This document shows, one piece after another, positions 59,815-64,000 of a DNA stretch of 64,000 nucleotides (position 1 is the stretch's first letter; each line of letters opens with the position of its first letter). A program made the translations under genes and the position numbers. Below the pieces are notes generated by a model. The model did no database searches, was not told where the DNA came from, and was given only the letters and a program-made list of their open reading frames with translations. The DNA comes from a virus. Taxonomy: Duplodnaviria; Caudoviricetes. The stretch spans positions 2,078 to 66,077 of IMG/VR virus record IMGVR_UViG_3300042344_000673. One strand, 5' to 3'.

Positions 59815-61082
59815 TAGCTTACATGATTGTGATTTAATTGTCCCGTCAGTCTCTCACACCAACCTTTCGATTCAGAGTGTGGCCAAACAACCCAATATTT
59901 TGGTAAAACATCAGTTTGGAATTCTCTCCATATTTTACAATACTTATCGGGGTCGTTCATCATTCTTGTGATTTCCGATTTATCGGCATCTTTTCTGAAG
60001 AGGGTCTCATCGTTGGGACCATGGAAAGCAACAACCCAAAAATCGTAGTCTTTTTCAGGGACACTTGAGTAACCTACGTCTATACAATGTTTGTAAACAG
60101 AAGCGAAATCCTTTTTCCAATCTTCCTCAGTTTCATAGTTGTATGGGTTAGGGGGGTAATTTTTGTCTAAAGTATATCTTTGAACTGCTCTTTTCTCGAA
60201 AAGTAAACCTGAATATTTTTCATAATCTCTGAGCGTTCTCACGGGTCCAAAACCGAAAGGACCATCATGACCCTCTTGAGTTTCATTATCCATACCGAAT
60301 AGCTTTCTATTTAACAAGTGTGAAACTCTATTTTTTTCTCCCCATGTTCTATCATCGTCCCACTGTTTTGTTCTACCCTTACGAGTATATTCATGATACA
60401 CAACAGGGATGTGAGGGTGAAAAAGGTCATAACCCCATGTATATGCTCTAGCTGCGATTGAAATTTCTTCACCGTGGAAATAATATTCAGGGTTATGTTG
60501 AACCTCTTTAGCAAAACTTCCCAATGTAAAACAGAAATGTGCCGAGTAAAATCTGGCAGTTACGGGTTTGGTCATTTCACGCCATCCAGGGATTGTCTCA
60601 GGTAAAAAGAATACCGCACCTTCAGGTATAAATCTATCAAATACCATTCTCCAAGCGTCTTGAGCTCTTCCCGCTGGGTCATTATCAGGGTCGAAAGATG
60701 GTACATAACCCGTAAGTAGAGGTTTTTTGTATCCATCTTTTTGTAACCCCTTTATCATATCGATTAGGATTACATCCCAATCTTTAACGAATCTCATGTG
60801 AGAATCTATTTGTAATGTATATTTTTCATTTTTATATAGTTGTTGAACTAAATGTCTTGCCCAACAAACCCCTTTTGCCTCTTCGTAAGGAATGTCTAAA
60901 ATTCTGAACCTTTTATCATCTCTCCACTCATCAAGGTTGTCAAATCCGTCCGATTCTGAATATTGTCTCGCAATACCTAAAACTAAGTTTTCGGGTTTCT
61001 TGGCATTTGCTAACATATCTTTTATTGTTAGGACTAACTGTGGGTCGCGATAACTAGCAATCTGTATAAAAATTTTACTCAT
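59814..61082 (-). CDS. GT60-like polypeptide/hydroxyproline N-acetylglucosaminyltransferase
   Basis: IFIQIASYRDP, AKGVCWAR, QIDSHMRF, FHGEEI, GYDLFHP, YHEY. Confidence 0.85.
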   Translation of the reverse strand: MSKIFIQIASYRDPQLVLTIKDMLANAKKPENLVLGIARQYSESDGFDNLDEWRDDKRFRILDIPYEEAKGVCWARHLVQQLYKNEKYTLQIDSHMRFVKDWDVILIDMIKGLQKDGYKKPLLTGYVPSFDPDNDPAGRAQDAWRMVFDRFIPEGAVFFLPETIPGWREMTKPVTARFYSAHFCFTLGSFAKEVQHNPEYYFHGEEISIAARAYTWGYDLFHPHIPVVYHEYTRKGRTKQWDDDRTWGEKNRVSHLLNRKLFGMDNETQEGHDGPFGFGPVRTLRDYEKYSGLLFEKRAVQRYTLDKNYPPNPYNYETEEDWKKDFASVYKHCIDVGYSSVPEKDYDFWVVAFHGPNDETLFRKDADKSEITRMMNDPDKYCKIWREFQTDVLPKYWVVWPHSESKGWCERLTGQLNHNHVS

Positions 61083-61104
61083 ATAAATTATTTGGTATAA
61101 AAAT

Positions 61105-61132
61105 AAAAAACCCCCTACAAAAGTAGAGGGTT
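61105..61132 (-). terminator. Intrinsic terminator after mucin-like gene
   Basis: Minus strand AACCCTCTAC-TTTT-GTAGGGGGTT then T run. Confidence 0.75.
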
Positions 61133-61157
61133 GTTTTTTATTTATGAAAATTTTATT

Positions 61158-64000
61158 TTAACATGGGGAACCAAATGGTGTTGAAAGTCCGCCATTATCG
61201 ATAATAACACAAGGACCACAACCCCCTGACTCATTGGTATAATATAAACCTCCTCCATTGAATGGGTTGGTCAAATTTATATCCGTAAAGAACTGAGTAA
61301 CAAGTTGCCAATCACTATTCGCACCATAAACCGTTTGTGTCAGAGATACTGGGTCAATTTGACATAAAGTGTCACCTGATGAAATTAAGAATGCAGTTGG
61401 ATTAATCTGAGCACTTATATAAACAGGTAACCCAGGAGTCCAATTTGTGGTTGCTGATTGTATCAACACGGTATTACCTGTGAATCCTGTAATTGGAGGA
61501 ACACTGATTCCTGTACCGAACACAAATCCATCGCCTGCAACACCTGGAGGTGTTCCTGTATTAGCTGACCAATATTTGAATGCATTTGTATCACCAGAGT
61601 AAATTGCTGTACTTCCTGTTTGACTCATTGTAATAGTAATACTTTGTCCAGTAAATTGTGAGAAGTAACTTGTTCTATCTATTCCGTCGGAATCAATAGA
61701 ATTGAAGTAGATTGCTCTACCAATACTTGTCATTTCGTTAGGGTTTGTTGTCCCTGAACTAGAGCCTGCTATTTCTGTCATTATCGTATTACCTGTAGTT
61801 GGGAAGTTGTAAGGTAATACTATTAAATTAAATGAATATCCTGTTACTGGTTCAGGTGTAACACTTGGTGTTGGCGTTAATGTTGGAGTAACTGATGGTG
61901 TTCCAGTATTAGTTACACTTGGTGTTGGCGTACTTGTAGTTGTTGGTGTAGGTGTTACTAAAGTTGCCTCACATGCTGCACAGTTAACATAGAAAAGAAG
62001 TGGTGTTGCACCGTCTGTTGGAGTTGCCACGGTCTTCTCAACAATTCTATAACATCCACTTGGTGTTCCTCCTGTGAATGTGAAATTGAATACGTCACCA
62101 GATGCTAATGTCGATGGTCCTAAATCAGCAACTAATACGTTCAAGTTGGTACATCCCGAAATTGTGTATGTAGTAACCGAACTTAAGTCAGTTGTAGTTG
62201 GTGTTGGTGTGTTCGTTGGTGTTTCACTAGGTGTTTCACTTGGGGTTTCAGTTATTGTTGGAGTTGGTGTTTGAGTTAAAGTTGGTGTAGGGGTAGGTGT
62301 TGGTGATAATGTTCCTATAACACAAATATCAACAGCCCCTTCATTAGGAGTGAAAAGAGGGAAGAATACATGTAATGGTTGTGTTACAGCGTTGGTTGAT
62401 GTGTAAAGTAATGTTGAATTATAATAATACTTTACGCTTGTTCCATCATAATCCACTTTCCACACATCAGATGATGAAACAACAGTACCGACATTTAAAA
62501 CGGCAACTTGACCACCGTTTTCATATATTTCAATTTGGTCACTATTATACAGGTAAATACCATATGACGTATCCTCATATGTGCTGCCAGGGGTAGCGGT
62601 TGGGTTGTAAGAGAATCCACCCATTAAAATATTACCATTCGCAGAAGTTTGGAAGGTTACGGAAACAGGACCAGTAAATGTCTCTAAAGAATATGCCGAT
62701 GAATCCCATCCTGATGTTCCATCATTTATCGCACTATTACTTGTTGTTGTAGCATTGTTACCTATGAAAGTAAATGTTTCACAGTTTAAAATTGGTGATG
62801 GAGTTGGAGTTTGTGTTGATGTGTTTGTTGGTGTAGGTGTAGAGGTTGATGTTTCGGTATTTGTTGGTGTAGGAGTAGATGTTGATGTTTCGGTATTTGT
62901 TGGTGTAGGTGTAGAGGTTGATGTTTCGGTATTTGTTGGTGTTGGTGTCGGTGTTTCAGTATTCGTTGGAGTCGGTGTTTGAGTTGGTGATGGGGATTCA
63001 ATAGTTAATGTTAATGAGTCTTCAGTAGCCCCGGAACCCCAACTATAAACATAAACTCCAGGTGTCAAATTCATCGAGGATATTGTTTGACCTGTGAACG
63101 TCATACTTGCCGATATAAATGTACCTGACGTGTATCCTGTTGGTACCATCAGACTAGTTTCTGTTAGATTAAAAATACCGAAGAAGTCACCAGAACCAAA
63201 ATCTTGTGCTTGACCCGGTCCTGTACCGAAATTAGCAGGTTTGCTAAATGTTGCTCCAGTGTAAGCGTCTGATGATGTTGTTGTTGTTGGTCCACAACCA
63301 AATAATGCCATAGAAGGTCCTATTCCTCCGAGTGTTGGTTGTGTAAATGTTTCCGAATATGTTAAATCAGTAAGATTGAATGAACCAGAACCAGACATCA
63401 CAACATCGGACCCGCTTTCAAATATTGTCGCTGTGAACCCTGAAGATGGAATCGGTGTTTCAGTCGGAGTTGGTGTATTTGTGGGAGTTTCACTGCTTGT
63501 TGCTGTAGGTGTTGGTGTTTCTGTTTCAGTCGGTGTTGGTGTGCTAGTTGGTGTCACACACTCAACAGGTAAACCTATATTAGTATAACCAAGGGCGGTT
63601 GTAGCCGTAAAACCTGTTGATAGATAATCATAAATGACATCGCCAGGTGCTGGTATAGTACAACATTCGTTACTATAAGCATTCCAGAAGAAAGTAGGGT
63701 CTGGAGGAATATACGGGTAGGGTTCGGGAGCAAAGCCACCTAAAGTCCAAATGACTGTTGGAGTTCCTCCTGTAGAGTTACAAAAACTTTCTATGTCAGG
63801 ATATATTGTTATTGAGTATTGAACAGATGTACCACTCAAACAAGGAGTTGTGGGTGTGGGTGTTGGAGTTTCAGTGCCTGTTGGAGTAGGTGTTTCAATT
63901 ATCGAAGTTCCCGTAGGTGTTGGAGTTTCTGTTTCAGTTGGTGTAGGAGTTGGTGTCTCAATTACGGAGGTCCCAGTAGGAGTAGGTGTTTCAGTGTTTG
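61158..64000 (-). CDS. Thr/Pro-rich mucin-like multidomain protein (probable fibre), 5' end beyond the window
   Basis: Frame stays open from 63839 to the window end (NTETPTPTGTSVIETPTPTPT...); at least five TP-rich linkers separate globular domains. Confidence 0.85.
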   Translation of the reverse strand, partial: NTETPTPTGTSVIETPTPTPTETETPTPTGTSIIETPTPTGTETPTPTPTTPCLSGTSVQYSITIYPDIESFCNSTGGTPTVIWTLGGFAPEPYPYIPPDPTFFWNAYSNECCTIPAPGDVIYDYLSTGFTATTALGYTNIGLPVECVTPTSTPTPTETETPTPTATSSETPTNTPTPTETPIPSSGFTATIFESGSDVVMSGSGSFNLTDLTYSETFTQPTLGGIGPSMALFGCGPTTTTSSDAYTGATFSKPANFGTGPGQAQDFGSGDFFGIFNLTETSLMVPTGYTSGTFISASMTFTGQTISSMNLTPGVYVYSWGSGATEDSLTLTIESPSPTQTPTPTNTETPTPTPTNTETSTSTPTPTNTETSTSTPTPTNTETSTSTPTPTNTSTQTPTPSPILNCETFTFIGNNATTTSNSAINDGTSGWDSSAYSLETFTGPVSVTFQTSANGNILMGGFSYNPTATPGSTYEDTSYGIYLYNSDQIEIYENGGQVAVLNVGTVVSSSDVWKVDYDGTSVKYYYNSTLLYTSTNAVTQPLHVFFPLFTPNEGAVDICVIGTLSPTPTPTPTLTQTPTPTITETPSETPSETPTNTPTPTTTDLSSVTTYTISGCTNLNVLVADLGPSTLASGDVFNFTFTGGTPSGCYRIVEKTVATPTDGATPLLFYVNCAACEATLVTPTPTTTSTPTPSVTNTGTPSVTPTLTPTPSVTPEPVTGYSFNLIVLPYNFPTTGNTIMTEIAGSSSGTTNPNEMTSIGRAIYFNSIDSDGIDRTSYFSQFTGQSITITMSQTGSTAIYSGDTNAFKYWSANTGTPPGVAGDGFVFGTGISVPPITGFTGNTVLIQSATTNWTPGLPVYISAQINPTAFLISSGDTLCQIDPVSLTQTVYGANSDWQLVTQFFTDINLTNPFNGGGLYYTNESGGCGPCVIIDNGGLSTPFGSPC
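62824..62942. repeat. In-frame 36-nt tandem repeat (about 3.3 copies) encoding TETSTSTPTPTN
   Basis: tttgttggtgtaggtgtagaggttgatgtttcggta; copies 1 and 3 identical, copy 2 has two synonymous changes. Confidence 0.9.

Noticed and set aside
48070-61082. Eukaryotic giant virus origin suggested by SET, SNF2, PolB and GT60
   Set aside because: Sheath, tube, gp6/gp25 baseplate, gp32, bacterial-type terminators and coupled operons indicate a myophage
62824-62942. 36-nt repeats as a CRISPR array
   Set aside because: Head-to-tail without spacers, in frame within a coding sequence, no cas genes
1109-63588. Many short antisense or alternate-frame ORFs in the track (e.g. 35013..35375, 40107..40409, 62755..62982)
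   Set aside because: Nested in long motif-bearing genes; shadows of codon bias and TP repeats
63837-63839. TTG start for the mucin-like ORF given in the track
   Set aside because: Frame is open upstream to the window edge with the same TP repeats; true start is outside
1-64000. Stop-codon reassignment, tRNA genes, mobile elements
   Set aside because: Standard code gives near-complete coding density with TAA, TGA and TAG all used as stops; intergenic gaps are short and show no cloverleaf or transposase

Overview
Gene-dense, AT-rich segment of a large contractile-tailed (myovirus, probably jumbo) phage, most genes on the minus strand, standard genetic code. It holds: baseplate/tail-fibre genes (1-17 kb); a replication and nucleotide block (class II RNR, replicative helicase, 2OG-Fe(II) oxygenase, 5'-3' exonuclease, RecA/UvsX, gp32-like SSB; 17-25 kb); the tail module (hub, tube initiator with an OmpA-like insert, tape measure, chaperone, tube, sheath, neck; 26-48 kb); a plus-strand block (SET methyltransferase, SNF2 helicase, SOD fusion, neck protein); a family B DNA polymerase; and four glycosyltransferase genes directly downstream of a Thr/Pro-rich mucin-like protein that runs off the window end. 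A Bacteroidota host is inferred from SprB repeats, A-rich leaders without obvious Shine-Dalgarno motifs and the promoter shape. Best leads: a phage-encoded mucin-type O-glycosylation system, a strand-oriented TATTTAT motif (reverse complement of the T4 late promoter core), and a candidate +1 frameshift in the tail chaperone. All family assignments are motif recognition by eye; no searches were run.
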